Part shown: piece after piece, positions 1 through 10,595 of the stretch
How the letters are laid out: each line of letters starts with the position of its first letter
Position numbering within the stretch: position 1 is the stretch's first letter
NCBI GenBank assembly: GCA_016180065.1
Contig: JACPBY010000005.1
Location: 5,541 to 69,540 of the forward strand
Direction of reading: 5' to 3'
Length of the DNA stretch: 64,000 nucleotides
Source: Candidatus Woesearchaeota archaeon
Lineage (GTDB): Archaea > Nanobdellota > Nanobdellia > Woesearchaeales > UBA10216
Translations under genes and position numbers: made by a program
Notes under the pieces: generated by a model
Database searches by the model: none
What the model saw: the letters and a program-made list of their open reading frames with translations, nothing else
Told to the model about the DNA's origin: nothing

Positions 1-3000
1 AGCAGCCTCTTCCTCGTCAGAAAGCTTTGAAGAACTGCTTCTTCTCCTGCCCTTGCCAAACTTCCTAAACAGGCTTGTAAAGCCGGACTTCAGGCTGCCA
101 AGGCCGCCACCGCCTCCCTTCTTCATAATCAAGAAAGCTCCTCCTCCAATAGCTGCAGCAACAACCAGCCCGATGAGTATGAACAGCATAGCCTTGCTGC
201 CGCCTGCGCCTTTCCCAGCGCCTTCCCCTGTTTCGTTGCCTTTTGACTCGTTAGCTGAAGGAGAAGCACTGATATTCACAGGCGTTTCATCCGCCTTCGG
301 CTTCTCCTCAACAGCAGCCTTTGGCTTGAGGACAATGGCAAACAGGGATAATCCGGGAGATGTTGCCTCAAAATAGTTGTGCGTGGTGTCCGAGCGCTTG
401 AAAGCAGTATCAAGGCTGGTCCACATTTCGTTGAAGTAGCGCTGCAGGACTATGTCCTTTACCGAGCCTTGGTTCTGGTCAAACCATTTCTTCTCAACAC
501 TAAACTCAACCTTGGCTTCTGGAACGTCAGCATCCCTCAGGCCGGTCTTGTCAATCTTTATGTACTGGTAAACCTTGCCCTGCACCTCGCGCTTGGTTGC
601 AGGCTTTTCATCAAGCTTTGTAACAGCGATTTCAACGTTTGATGCAGCATTGGCTACTGTGAAGTCCAGCACTTTGATGCCAATCTTATCGTTGGCAATC
701 TTCATCGTTGCCGTGCCGGCAGGCAGCTCTGCCCATTTCTTTGAGACCTTCACACCCGTGCTAGGCACAGGAGTGCCACCTCCCCCGCCGCCACCACCCC
801 CACTACCGCCAGATGTGGTGGTACTGCTACCACTGCCGGTTATGGCGACTGTCACGTTGCCCTGGTTGCCCCCTGCGCCAATCGCTATTGAGATGTTCTC
901 ATGTCCTGCATCATCCAGTGTTGTAACAATATACTGGAAGGTGCCGTTGCTTGTAAGGGTATCTGTTGTTGAGTTGGCTGGCGATGTCTGGTTCTTCACG
1001 TTCGTCAGGTTAGCGGCTGCCGTGATGTTGCCGGAACTTAGCGTGATTACCGTGCTATTTGAGCGGTAAACCTTGTAAACCAGGCCGTGAAAGTCAGCGT
1101 ATCCGGCCGCATCCCTGGTAACGTTTGCCCATGAAATTGTGACCGTGATGCTGCTGCTGCCTGAAGTGGTAAGGTTAAGGTTTGTCGGAATTGAAGGAAC
1201 AATGGTGTCGTTGGCTGTGGCGTTAATGCTGTTTGAGATGTTAATGCCAAACGTGCTGTTCTGGAGGTTGCCGGCAGAGTCAACGGCAGCAACCGCATAA
1301 TAGTACACTGTGCCATTAAGGGTAAGGTTGTCAACAAATGAGCTGACTCCTTCCGGAATCCTGACAGAAGTGAGGTTTGTAATGTTGATGGGCGAGTTTA
1401 AGCCAGAGTAGTTGCTCAGGTTGCCTGCAACCTGGCTGATGTCGAAGCTGGCGCGGTAGACAATGTAGCTTTCCCCTGTCTCGTTTGAAACCTGCGTCCA
1501 GTTAACCATGACTGTTCCTCCCAGGGTTGCTGAGACGTTAACGCCTCCGGGAGCGGCAGGCGGGCTTGTGTCAGGCTCTCCCTGGGGCCCTCCTTCTCCG
1601 TCACTGAAGTGCGGCAGGCTTATCCAGACATAGTTGGTTGTCCTGTTAATGAAACAAGTGGCATTTGTTGAATTTGCATCCTCAGTATTGCTGCAAATCA
1701 TGCCTCCTGAAGTTGTGTTAAACCACCTCGTGTCGTAATCAGACCATTCTGAAGGAATGCTTGAATTTGGAGTGGAAGTGCCGTTCCACACCATAATGCC
1801 GTTATCGTCAAAAAGCCCCTTTATGGTGAAGTTCATCTGCGCTGCATCGTTGACAAGCGAATGGTTGTACGGAATGCCGACAAAAACCTTGTCGTAAATG
1901 TTGGGCGCGGCGCTGCCGAACTTGAAAATCTCCTCGTAATTGCTGACGTTCCTGTTCGACCTCATCGCGTTCTCGCTCATAGACGCTTCCGGAGGGCCGG
2001 ATGCAAGCATGTCAACGCCAAGAAAGTAAATCTTTACCCCTGTCGTGTTGATTTCCATGAGCATGTTGACCTTGCCGGTAGCCATGACCTTAAGGGGATT
2101 GAAACTGCCGGCATCAAAATCATTCGGGAAAAGCCTGCAGCTTTCAAGGCTTGCGTTAAAAACATTGCAGGCAGCGGTATTCCTCAGGAAGGTCATCCTG
2201 TACTGGCCGGCCTTTGTTCCTGAGAAATCCTCAGAGCTGCCGTTTGCGTGGAACTTCCTGGGCTTGAATGCGTTCAGCGTAAGCTGGATTATGCCATTGG
2301 ATTCCCTTGAGGCGTTGGTAACGTTGAGCTTGAACTTCAATGGAGCAAACCTCCTGTTGAACACGAGCACAGTGGCGTTGCTGTCATTAATGATGGGAAG
2401 CCTTATCAGCCCTCCGGAAAGCTGGTCAGCCATGTACCTGAATGTCGGAAAGACAGACCTGTGGCCGACCATGTCAACCTTGATTTCAACGTGGGCGTCA
2501 TCCAAAGGCAGGCCGGAAGAATCAGATATGTTTACGGTGACATAGCTTGTGTTAAGGCTGGTGATGCCGGTTACAGTAGAGTAGTTGCCTGCAAGCTTCT
2601 TTAGAGTTACATGATGAGTCATATTGCCTGTAACGGTAAAGTTGCTGAAGTAAGCAGAGTATTCACCGGCGCCAGAGCTCATGGCAGAGGAATTTGCGCC
2701 GTAAAACTCCAGAATCTGGTAAATCCCGCCAGCAGAGCCCATCACAGTAATGGTATAATTTGCAAGGTTCTGGCTGCCACCACCTGAATTCGGAGTGATT
2801 ATTGAGCCGCCAGGTATCTGCACGTCAGAGTTCGGAGGCACCAAGCCTGCAATGCCAAGCTTGACAAGTATCTGGGTAAGGTTAATGGGAGTGGTGTTCC
2901 CTTCAACAGAAACATTGCCTGTAATGTTAAACATCGAAAAAGAAAGGTTCTTGTTGAAGTTAAGAACAAATTCTGTGTCAGAGTAGTTTGAAGCGTTCTG

Positions 3001-3738
3001 AACTACAATGGTCTGGGGAGGAAGGGCAGTTGCAAAAGGGTCCTGCACGCCCGGCCCGAACTGCGGCGTCCTCATCATCATAATGGTGAAATTCTTGTTC
3101 TGGGGAACAACAACTGAAGCATTCCATACTTGGGTCTGGAAGTTCTCAGCAACAGGGAAGCCCAGGGAGTCGTCAAAAATGACGTAATTGAAGCTTATGT
3201 TGTGAGTTGAGTTAACAGCGGTAAGGTTGAGTGTGGCAGCGGGCTGGAGGTAAAGGGTTGTGTTGTCAAAAAAGCTCGTCAGCGCGGTTTTTGGCAGAGG
3301 AGGAAGCGATGGCCCTGTCTCATAGGCATTCCAGCTGGAAGCCCTGTATGCCACAACAGCCAGCGTGTACAGCGTATCACAGTTGCCTGAGCCAACCTTA
3401 AGGGTGAAAGAACCGTTGGATGATGACGTAGCAGTCTGGTTTATGAATACCTTTTGAGGCTCTCCAAACGATGAGAAGCTCATGTTAAATATGGAAACAT
3501 TGACTGAAGAGTTCCCTGAAATATTCCAAAGCGAATGGTTAAAGGATGACGCATTGTTAAAGGTGCTGTTAAGCACTGAACCCTGAAGCACAAAACTGCC
3601 TGGCGTGCATGCCGGAGGGCCCTCCTGGCCAATGCCGAGGGAACTGAGAAGAAGCAAACCAATGGCTGCCAATACCGCGACAGCCAACAAAGAAGCCACG
3701 CCAAACAAAAGCCCTGATTTACGGGTTATACGCATCAT
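1..3738 (-). CDS. Large surface glycoprotein with PGF-pre-PGF domain and C-terminal TM anchor (runs off the left edge)
   Basis: ATG at 3738 after GAGGTG; signal peptide MMRITRKSGLLFGVASLLAVAVLAAIGLLLL. The same frame at the far end gives a Gly/Ser linker, YFEATSPGLSLFAI (PGF-pre-PGF motif), a TM helix and a basic tail. Absent from the ORF track because the stop lies outside the window. Confidence 0.85.
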   Translation of the reverse strand, partial: MMRITRKSGLLFGVASLLAVAVLAAIGLLLLSSLGIGQEGPPACTPGSFVLQGSVLNSTFNNASSFNHSLWNISGNSSVNVSIFNMSFSSFGEPQKVFINQTATSSSNGSFTLKVGSGNCDTLYTLAVVAYRASSWNAYETGPSLPPLPKTALTSFFDNTTLYLQPAATLNLTAVNSTHNISFNYVIFDDSLGFPVAENFQTQVWNASVVVPQNKNFTIMMMRTPQFGPGVQDPFATALPPQTIVVQNASNYSDTEFVLNFNKNLSFSMFNITGNVSVEGNTTPINLTQILVKLGIAGLVPPNSDVQIPGGSIITPNSGGGSQNLANYTITVMGSAGGIYQILEFYGANSSAMSSGAGEYSAYFSNFTVTGNMTHHVTLKKLAGNYSTVTGITSLNTSYVTVNISDSSGLPLDDAHVEIKVDMVGHRSVFPTFRYMADQLSGGLIRLPIINDSNATVLVFNRRFAPLKFKLNVTNASRESNGIIQLTLNAFKPRKFHANGSSEDFSGTKAGQYRMTFLRNTAACNVFNASLESCRLFPNDFDAGSFNPLKVMATGKVNMLMEINTTGVKIYFLGVDMLASGPPEASMSENAMRSNRNVSNYEEIFKFGSAAPNIYDKVFVGIPYNHSLVNDAAQMNFTIKGLFDDNGIMVWNGTSTPNSSIPSEWSDYDTRWFNTTSGGMICSNTEDANSTNATCFINRTTNYVWISLPHFSDGEGGPQGEPDTSPPAAPGGVNVSATLGGTVMVNWTQVSNETGESYIVYRASFDISQVAGNLSNYSGLNSPINITNLTSVRIPEGVSSFVDNLTLNGTVYYYAVAAVDSAGNLQNSTFGINISNSINATANDTIVPSIPTNLNLTTSGSSSITVTISWANVTRDAAGYADFHGLVYKVYRSNSTVITLSSGNITAAANLTNVKNQTSPANSTTDTLTSNGTFQYIVTTLDDAGHENISIAIGAGGNQGNVTVAITGSGSSTTTSGGSGGGGGGGGGTPVPSTGVKVSKKWAELPAGTATMKIANDKIGIKVLDFTVANAASNVEIAVTKLDEKPATKREVQGKVYQYIKIDKTGLRDADVPEAKVEFSVEKKWFDQNQGSVKDIVLQRYFNEMWTSLDTAFKRSDTTHNYFEATSPGLSLFAIVLKPKAAVEEKPKADETPVNISASPSANESKGNETGEGAGKGAGGSKAMLFILIGLVVAAAIGGGAFLIMKKGGGGGLGSLKSGFTSLFRKFGKGRRRSSSSKLSDEEEAA

Positions 3739-3748
3739 ACACCTCTTT

Positions 3749-3773
3749 CAAAGTTCTGCTTCGCGGAATTTTG
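3749..3773. repeat. REP-like 25-bp palindrome, copy 1
   Basis: CAAAGTTCTGC-TTC-GCGGAATTTTG; 16 nt are the exact reverse complement of 21631-21646. Confidence 0.6.
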
Positions 3774-3921
3774 GGTTAATACAACGAATTATCACCAGCT
3801 TAGACCCAGCTCAAGCCACAATCCCTCTTACGAAAGGGGGCATATTTAAAGTTTTCTGCCGCAGCGGGCCGGCAAGCGGCAAAAACATTTTAAAAACAGC
3901 CCAAAAACAGCTGTGATTGAG

Positions 3922-4179
3922 ATGGGCACCTTTGACGTTCTTAAGCCGCTGAAGCCTCTGATAAGGCCTTTTGAGCTTGTTGGCAAAAAGGTGGCAATTG
4001 CAGTGAACTATGTGCTTCTCACCCTTGTTTACTTCACGGCCTTCGCAGCAACAAAGGCAGTGGCAAAGATTGCCGGAAAGAGGTTCCTTGAACTCAAGCC
4101 AGACCATGCAAGGAAAAGCTACTGGGTTGAAAGGCAAAAAGAAGATCCCAGCAAGGCAGAGGCCTATAGGCAATTTTGA
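3922..4179 (+). CDS. SxtJ-like small membrane protein (C-terminal half of the family)
   Basis: One TM helix followed by SYWVER...YRQF, typical of SxtJ-family C-termini; adjacent to a carbamoyltransferase. Confidence 0.7.
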   Translation: MGTFDVLKPLKPLIRPFELVGKKVAIAVNYVLLTLVYFTAFAATKAVAKIAGKRFLELKPDHARKSYWVERQKEDPSKAEAYRQF

Positions 4180-4190
4180 AAGGTGAAAGA

Positions 4191-5918
4191 ATGAACATTC
4201 TCGGTGTGTCCTGCTTCTACCACGACAGCTCAGCAGCGCTTTTGCAGGATGGAAGAATAACGGCTGCCGCACAGGAAGAGCGCTGGACAAGGAAAAAGCA
4301 CGACATACGCTTTCCGGAAAACGCCATAAAGTACTGCCTGGAACAGGCTGGAATCGGCATTGACAAGGTTGACGCTGTCGGCTTCTATGAAAAGCCGCTG
4401 CTCAAGTTTGAAAGGCTGCTGTCATCGCACATTGAAACATTCCCGAAATCTTACAAGGTGTTCGTGCAAGCTCTTCCAAGCTGGATAACTGAGAAGCTCA
4501 GGATACCAAGCATACTCAGGAAGAAGCTCAAGTACGACGGGAAAGTGTTCTTCGTGGACCACCATATGGCGCATGCTGCCAGCTCGTTCCATATTTCGCC
4601 ATTTGAGGAAGCGGCGATATTCACTGCTGACGGCGTCGGTGAGTGGACAACAACAACCCTTGGCTACGGCAAAGGAAATGAGGTAAGGCTGCTCAAGGAG
4701 CTGCACTTCCCCCACTCGCTTGGCCTGCTGTACAGCGCAGTAACTGCCTACCTTGGATTCAAGGTTAACAATGACGAATACAAGGTAATGGGCCTTGCAC
4801 CCTACGGCAAGCCAACATACTACGGCGACTTCAAGAAGATTATAGACATAAAAGAAGACGGCAGCTACAGGCTCGACATGGACTATTTCACGTTCCATTA
4901 CGGCGCCAGGATGCTCAGCAGGAGGTTTGTGCAGAAATTCGGCCCTGAACGCCAGAAAGAAGAGCCTGTAGAGGAAAGGCACAAGGACATAGCTGCATCA
5001 CTGCAAAAGGCAGTTGAAGAAGTGATATTTGCTGCCGTAAACCACCTGCACAGAATCACAGGAACAAAAAACCTGTGCCTCTCAGGAGGGGTTGCGCTCA
5101 ACTCTGTCGCCAACGGCAAGCTCACAAAGATGACGCCGTTCAGGAACATATATGCCCCGCCAGCGCCATCAGACCCGGGAGCAGCAATAGGGGCAGCAAC
5201 CGTTGTTTACCACATGCTGCTCGGAAAGCCAAGAGCCTTTGCAATCGACAGGCCGGATCTGGGGCCGGGATACAGCCATGACGAAATAAAAAAGTTCCTG
5301 GAAAGCCGCAGCATTGCGCACAGGGAACTGCCGGAGAAAGAGCTTCTCAAGGCTGTTGCAAAGCTGCTCTGGCAGAACAACGTTGTAGGCTGGTTCCAGG
5401 GCAGGATGGAGTTCGGGGAAAGGGCACTGGGCAACAGGAGCATACTGGCCAACCCCTGCAACCCCAAAATGAAGGACATCCTGAACCTGAAGGTGAAGCA
5501 CAGGGAGCAGTTCAGGCCATTCGCGCCGGTTGTTACTGCCGAGGATGCCAAGAAATACTTCGAGGCTGACATAGAAGTGCCGTTCATGTCGTTCGTTTAC
5601 CCTGTGAGGAAGGAGAAGCAAAAGCTGCTGCCAGCCATAACCCACGTTGACGGCACAGGAAGGCTGCAAACCATAAGGCGGGAAGCAAACCCGAGGTACT
5701 ACGGCCTCATAAAAGAATTTGAAAAGCTGAGCAAAGTGCCAATACTTGTCAATACATCCTTCAACATCAGGGGAGAGCCAATAGTCATGACGCCGGAACA
5801 CGCCTACCGCTGCTTCACAGGCACAGGCATAGACTACCTTGCCATGGACAACTTCCTCATAAGCAGGGAAGACAACAAGAAAGACTGGTGGGACTGCGAA
5901 AGCCTGGCAAAGGACTAG
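4191..5918 (+). CDS. O-carbamoyltransferase, NodU/CmcH family
   Basis: Motifs YHDSSAAL, AQEER, HHMAHAAS, DGVGE, SLGLLY, EYKVMGLAPYG, GGVALN, RALGNRSIL, FRPFAP, HVDGTGR, NTSFN. Confidence 0.95.
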   Translation: MNILGVSCFYHDSSAALLQDGRITAAAQEERWTRKKHDIRFPENAIKYCLEQAGIGIDKVDAVGFYEKPLLKFERLLSSHIETFPKSYKVFVQALPSWITEKLRIPSILRKKLKYDGKVFFVDHHMAHAASSFHISPFEEAAIFTADGVGEWTTTTLGYGKGNEVRLLKELHFPHSLGLLYSAVTAYLGFKVNNDEYKVMGLAPYGKPTYYGDFKKIIDIKEDGSYRLDMDYFTFHYGARMLSRRFVQKFGPERQKEEPVEERHKDIAASLQKAVEEVIFAAVNHLHRITGTKNLCLSGGVALNSVANGKLTKMTPFRNIYAPPAPSDPGAAIGAATVVYHMLLGKPRAFAIDRPDLGPGYSHDEIKKFLESRSIAHRELPEKELLKAVAKLLWQNNVVGWFQGRMEFGERALGNRSILANPCNPKMKDILNLKVKHREQFRPFAPVVTAEDAKKYFEADIEVPFMSFVYPVRKEKQKLLPAITHVDGTGRLQTIRREANPRYYGLIKEFEKLSKVPILVNTSFNIRGEPIVMTPEHAYRCFTGTGIDYLAMDNFLISREDNKKDWWDCESLAKD

Positions 5919-5967
5919 AAGCAGCAAAACAGTAAATTATTAAAATCACAGTAAAACCACAAAACAT

Positions 5968-6195
5968 ATGGAAAAGGAAGAGCAGCATGACGAAAGGGCA
6001 GCTGAAATCCTGAAGAAAGATGGCAGCGGGTTTTTCAAAAGGCACTTCTACCTTGTCGGAGAGCTTTGGCATTTCCTCAGAGTCAGGAAGAAATGGTGGC
6101 TGCTCCCGATACTGGTAACCCTGGCGCTCGCAGGCTTCCTCATAATATTCGGGCAGGCAACACCACTGTCCCCGTTCATTTACGCCCTTTTCTAG
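5968..6195 (+). CDS. DUF5989 (SxtK-like) small membrane protein
   Basis: LWHFLRVRKKWWLLP...SPFIYALF matches the family pattern; in its usual position after a carbamoyltransferase. Confidence 0.85.
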   Translation: MEKEEQHDERAAEILKKDGSGFFKRHFYLVGELWHFLRVRKKWWLLPILVTLALAGFLIIFGQATPLSPFIYALF

Positions 6196-9100
6196 AAATG
6201 AAGTCCTTAATCCTCTCCTCCTGCCTAAGCCTCCACCATATTTTCATGAACGCAGCGAATGCAGCAAAAAGGGCCAAAAGCACAGCTAAAATCACGGCTG
6301 CAGCAGCGGAACGGATGAACGGCGGCTGTTTCGCTGCCTGCTGCCCCGGCTGCGAAACACTGCCCTGAGAAGAAACATCAGCCACAGGAGCTTCCATGGG
6401 AATTTTAACAGCAGGCATGGCTGATTCGGTTTCTGAAGCATCCTCACCCTGCCCTTTTTCAGCAGCAATTGCAAACAGGGAGAATGCCGGAAGCTCAGCA
6501 GAATAATAGTAGAAGCTGTTGTCTTCTGAAAACAGCAAAACAGGCATACTGTCCCAGGAAGAAGCAGAATAGCGGAAAAGCGAAACATCCTTCGGCTTAA
6601 AGCCCCCATCCAGAAGCCACTGTTTCGGAACCCTGAACTCAACACCGGCCCATGAGATATCAAGAAAGGCTAATCTAGTGCGTACCATGATATACTGGTA
6701 AACTGAAGACTGCACCATATAAGGGAGTGAAAGCCCTTCTGAAACAGCTGAGGCATCAAGGAGCTCCACGTCAATGTTAACACTTGACAGGCGGTAGGCT
6801 GCGATGAAGCTGACGTTTGTAAAAGCCATGCCTGACAAGTTAATCCTCATAACTGCTGTCTCACCTTCCCTAAGCAAGGTAAAAAACCGTGATGCCTTTA
6901 CCCTTGAACTGTTGACAGCAGTCCCTCCGCCGCCACCGCCTCCACCACTACTGCTGCTTCCCGCAGCAGGGCTGTTGCTGCTGCTTGAAGAAACAACCGC
7001 CTCTTCCCTTGCCGCTGTAAAGCTGACATTCGTTATCCTGTAGAACCGGCTCTCACTGACTATGGAGCAGTTGTAGCCTCCTGCAACCCCGGGGCAGGAA
7101 AGAAGGGTCTCGTTGGCGCTGCCGCATCCGCTGCTTACGCTACTGAGCGAGGCAACATCAGCATTCTTCAGGCAGATACGGTTTGAGCTGCTAATCCTGT
7201 CAAGGGTTATGTTTTTGGTTTGACCCTGCTGCAGCACAAGCCCCCTGACAAGTATTGAGCCAACAGAAGCTGAAGCTTCCTGAACATCAACTGTGAAGTT
7301 AAGCGTGAGGTTGCTGAGGCTGAAATTCCAGTAAAACCCTGCAAGGGCTCGGCTGCCATTCGTTACGTTCACAAAAAGGGCATCGCTAAGAAGCCTTGAC
7401 ATGTTCGATGAGCCATTAATCGTGACATTAATGGCCGAAAAGGGCAAGGTCGAGGAATTCAAGCTGCTGAAGTTGCCAAGGATTGAGTCCTGGCCATCAG
7501 GAACGCCGTCATTGTCGTCGTCAGAATCGTAAATGTCAGGCACCCCGTCACTATCAAAATCAGTGCGGTCCACGACGGTAACATTAAAGAATCCTGCGCT
7601 GCTGGTGCCAAAGTCAGTAACATTAACGCGGAAATGGAAGGTTCCTGAATCTGAAATGCTGGTCTTCCAGCTGAAGTTTGCGGCAGACTGGTTTTTATTC
7701 GAGAAATTGAACCTTGCCGTGTCATTAACAGTGAAATTAAGCGAATCACCCTCTGCATCATCGGCAACTGCCGTGAAGTTGACGAAATCAGTCTCGTTAA
7801 CGGTAAAGTTGCCGAGCCTGAAAAGCGTCGGGGTGTCATTAACCGCGGTTATGTTCACAAAAATCGTTTCAGAGGCATTAGCCAGGCCGTCCGAGGCATT
7901 AACAGCCAGGTAAAAAATGCCGGAAAAGTTGGCTGCTCCTGACGTGTTAAATGTTATGTTGCCGCTGCTGGAGTTGATTGTGAAGTTCACAGTGTTGTTG
8001 ATGAAGTAAGCTATCGAGTCGTTGTCCAGGTCTGTTGCGGCCACTGTGAAGCTAAACTGATTGTCCTCTGCGGATGTTATGTTTGAAATGCCCGCCCAAA
8101 CCGGAGCCCTGTTGGTGTTGTTAACAACCAATGTCCAGTTCACCCGGGCGGTGAGCGCCCCGTCTGAAATGACTGCGGTGATGTTATAAGTTCCGTTTGA
8201 CTGCTGCGATGCCTGGCTGAAGTTGCCCGGAAAAGTGAAGTTCGTATTCCTTGCGCCCGGCTGGATTGTGCCGTTGACATACCAGTCAAGAGCCACAGCA
8301 TCATTTTCTGTGTCAGCAAAGGTTATGTTAAAAGTCTGGTTGCCGGGCTCGGCAATATTGAGGGTCATGGCTAAAGGAATGAAAGCATCAATCCTTGGAG
8401 CAGTGTTGTTCACCTGCACTGTCCTGCGCCCTGCAACGCCCCAGTTGCCTGCTGAGTCGTTGCCCCACACCCTATAAGTTATGACACCAAGGCTGGCAGA
8501 GCTGTGGTTCCTTGCCCACGCGAGGGCTGAGCCGTTCTGCACCATGCTGTAGTTGACAGCATGGCTTACGTTGTTCCACTCAAGAAATGCTGTGTGGAGA
8601 ACCTCACTGCCCGTGATGTTGACAAAGATGTTTGCCGACGAGGAATTTGAATTGTTTGCCAATGTAGGGGCAGCGTAGGTGATGTTCGGGGGGTCATTGT
8701 CAAGGCTGTTCAGGGCTGCAAAAACATTAACCCGCCTCAGAGTAAAGCCATCTGAGGCGTTGACAATGGCTGTGCCCGTGCTGTTCAATGCGCTGAAAAG
8801 AAGCGATGAATTTGCAGTCATGTTCTTGGACACCTTCAGGTATTGCCTCAGAAGGGCCATTGCAGCCGAAACATGGGGGGTTGATGCGGAAGTTCCATCT
8901 GCTGTTGCAACTCCCCCGCCAATCCAAAGCGAGGTGATACTGGAGCCCGGGGCTATGAGGTCAGTAATGCTGTTCCTGTTGCCAAAAGATGAAAAGCCAT
9001 CAGACTTAGTGGAAGAGGCAACTGCTGTGACGTTCTTGATGCATGCCGGAGCTGCAATCTCAGCAGTGCTGCCAGAATTTCCAGTTGCAGCAACAACAGT

Positions 9101-9988
9101 AATGTTGCGAACAGTGGCGTTGTCAACAGGCCGCCTGTAAGCTCCAGCAGCCTCATCATTATCGCACCATGCAGAATAGCCTCCCCCTCCCAGGCTCATG
9201 CTTATGACTGAAACATTGTAAATGGATGCATTAGCAATGCACCAGTCAATCGCTGAAACAGCATCTGAAGAGTAGCCGCTGCCTGAGCTGTTAAGGACCT
9301 TGACCGCAAGGATATTCGCGCCAAAAGCAATCCCCCTGTAAGTTGAGTGCTGGGAAGCAATTATCCCTGAAACAAACGTGCCGTGGCCGTAGTCGTCCTC
9401 GGCACTGGAATCTGTGGACTGGCCGTTAGGGCAGCAATTTGCGTTGTTGAGGTTGATATTGCTGCAAAAGCAGCCCTGCCCGACAATCCTTCCAGAAAGG
9501 CTTGGATGGTCAGTATCAATGCCCGTGTCAATAACGCAAACAGTCTCTGCATTGCCTGTGATGTTTGTGCTGTTATGCACCAAAGCCCACACCCTCTGAG
9601 CGTTAACAATGCCGGCAGAATCAGACAGCGAGGCTTCTATGGCGCTGTCATAATACACCTCCAGCTTAGGATTGCCTTTCAGGCGCTCATACTCTGCCCT
9701 GCTAACTGTTGCAGTAAAGCCGTCAAAAGAGCTGAAGCGGCGCTCTTTAACGATTTCACCATCAGGGATTGACTCAAGCACAGATTCTGAATTTACAGCA
9801 GCAGACACAGGCACAATGCCCCTGGCAAGCTGCCTCTGCTGGCTGCCTTCTTTCACAAAAACAATAACCTTCACAGGCTCCTCGGAAACAGCAGAGGCCT
9901 GCAGAAAAAGCCTGCCAAAAAGGGCAACGAAGACTACCCCAGCAACAACTGCCGAAAAAACAAGCCTCAACACCGCTCTGCCTTCCAT
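6176..9988 (-). CDS. Membrane-anchored S8 subtilisin-like protease with Ig/cadherin-like repeats and PGF-pre-PGF domain
   Basis: Catalytic motifs VIDTG, HGTFVSG, GTSASTPHV; signal peptide; DxDxD Ca-binding repeats; Gly linker; ELPAFSLFAI; C-terminal TM. Confidence 0.9.
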   Translation of the reverse strand: MEGRAVLRLVFSAVVAGVVFVALFGRLFLQASAVSEEPVKVIVFVKEGSQQRQLARGIVPVSAAVNSESVLESIPDGEIVKERRFSSFDGFTATVSRAEYERLKGNPKLEVYYDSAIEASLSDSAGIVNAQRVWALVHNSTNITGNAETVCVIDTGIDTDHPSLSGRIVGQGCFCSNINLNNANCCPNGQSTDSSAEDDYGHGTFVSGIIASQHSTYRGIAFGANILAVKVLNSSGSGYSSDAVSAIDWCIANASIYNVSVISMSLGGGGYSAWCDNDEAAGAYRRPVDNATVRNITVVAATGNSGSTAEIAAPACIKNVTAVASSTKSDGFSSFGNRNSITDLIAPGSSITSLWIGGGVATADGTSASTPHVSAAMALLRQYLKVSKNMTANSSLLFSALNSTGTAIVNASDGFTLRRVNVFAALNSLDNDPPNITYAAPTLANNSNSSSANIFVNITGSEVLHTAFLEWNNVSHAVNYSMVQNGSALAWARNHSSASLGVITYRVWGNDSAGNWGVAGRRTVQVNNTAPRIDAFIPLAMTLNIAEPGNQTFNITFADTENDAVALDWYVNGTIQPGARNTNFTFPGNFSQASQQSNGTYNITAVISDGALTARVNWTLVVNNTNRAPVWAGISNITSAEDNQFSFTVAATDLDNDSIAYFINNTVNFTINSSSGNITFNTSGAANFSGIFYLAVNASDGLANASETIFVNITAVNDTPTLFRLGNFTVNETDFVNFTAVADDAEGDSLNFTVNDTARFNFSNKNQSAANFSWKTSISDSGTFHFRVNVTDFGTSSAGFFNVTVVDRTDFDSDGVPDIYDSDDDNDGVPDGQDSILGNFSSLNSSTLPFSAINVTINGSSNMSRLLSDALFVNVTNGSRALAGFYWNFSLSNLTLNFTVDVQEASASVGSILVRGLVLQQGQTKNITLDRISSSNRICLKNADVASLSSVSSGCGSANETLLSCPGVAGGYNCSIVSESRFYRITNVSFTAAREEAVVSSSSSNSPAAGSSSSGGGGGGGGTAVNSSRVKASRFFTLLREGETAVMRINLSGMAFTNVSFIAAYRLSSVNIDVELLDASAVSEGLSLPYMVQSSVYQYIMVRTRLAFLDISWAGVEFRVPKQWLLDGGFKPKDVSLFRYSASSWDSMPVLLFSEDNSFYYYSAELPAFSLFAIAAEKGQGEDASETESAMPAVKIPMEAPVADVSSQGSVSQPGQQAAKQPPFIRSAAAAVILAVLLALFAAFAAFMKIWWRLRQEERIKDFISRKGRK

Positions 9989-10077
9989 TTTTGCAAATAC
10001 CTTCAGAAAGAAGCAAATCCAGCTTTATAAATCTATAGAAAAGCTTATATGCCAAATATGGCACTTAAGTACTAAAA

Positions 10078-10587
10078 ATGGCACTAAAGAACCTAAAATG
10101 GGACAAAATCCTGTGGCTGCTCTTTGAGCACCCCGAACAGAAGTTCACCATAAGGCAGATTTCCGGAAAGACGAGGATTCCTGCTTCCAGTGTCCAGAGA
10201 TATGTAAAAGAAATAAGGAAAGAAGGGCTTATAAGAGAAGGCAACAGATCTGCCAACAGCAATTACGCGAAATTTACAAAAGCTGTTTTCATGATAGACC
10301 TGCTGTTCCAGTCCGGCTTAATAGACTACTTGGACAAAAAACTGATGGCATCTGCCATAATAATTTTTGGAAGCGCAAGAAAAGGGGAGTACGACCATGA
10401 AAGCGACATAGACCTTTTTGTAGAAACAACAAAAGAAGCAAAAATTGAACTACAGGAATTTGAAAAGCGGATTGGGCATGCAGTACAGCTGTTCATGGAA
10501 AAAGACATTAACGACCTGCCGCCCCATCTTTTCAACAATGTAGCCAACGGCATAAAGCTTACAGGCTTTTTTAAGGTGAAAAAATAA
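10078..10587 (+). CDS. HTH-fused minimal nucleotidyltransferase (MNT antitoxin)
   Basis: N-terminal wHTH; FGSARKGEYDHESDIDL fits GSx10DxD. Confidence 0.88.
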   Translation: MALKNLKWDKILWLLFEHPEQKFTIRQISGKTRIPASSVQRYVKEIRKEGLIREGNRSANSNYAKFTKAVFMIDLLFQSGLIDYLDKKLMASAIIIFGSARKGEYDHESDIDLFVETTKEAKIELQEFEKRIGHAVQLFMEKDINDLPPHLFNNVANGIKLTGFFKVKK

Positions 10588-10595
10588 CTGACATC

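Noticed and set aside
4725-5447. Genome-wide CUG-to-Ser reassignment
   Set aside because: CTG encodes conserved leucines in carbamoyltransferase motifs (SLGLLY, RALGNRSIL), so CUG is mainly read as Leu.
3922-6195. Saxitoxin biosynthesis cluster
   Set aside because: Only the generic carbamoyltransferase module is present; no sxtA-like or other core genes.
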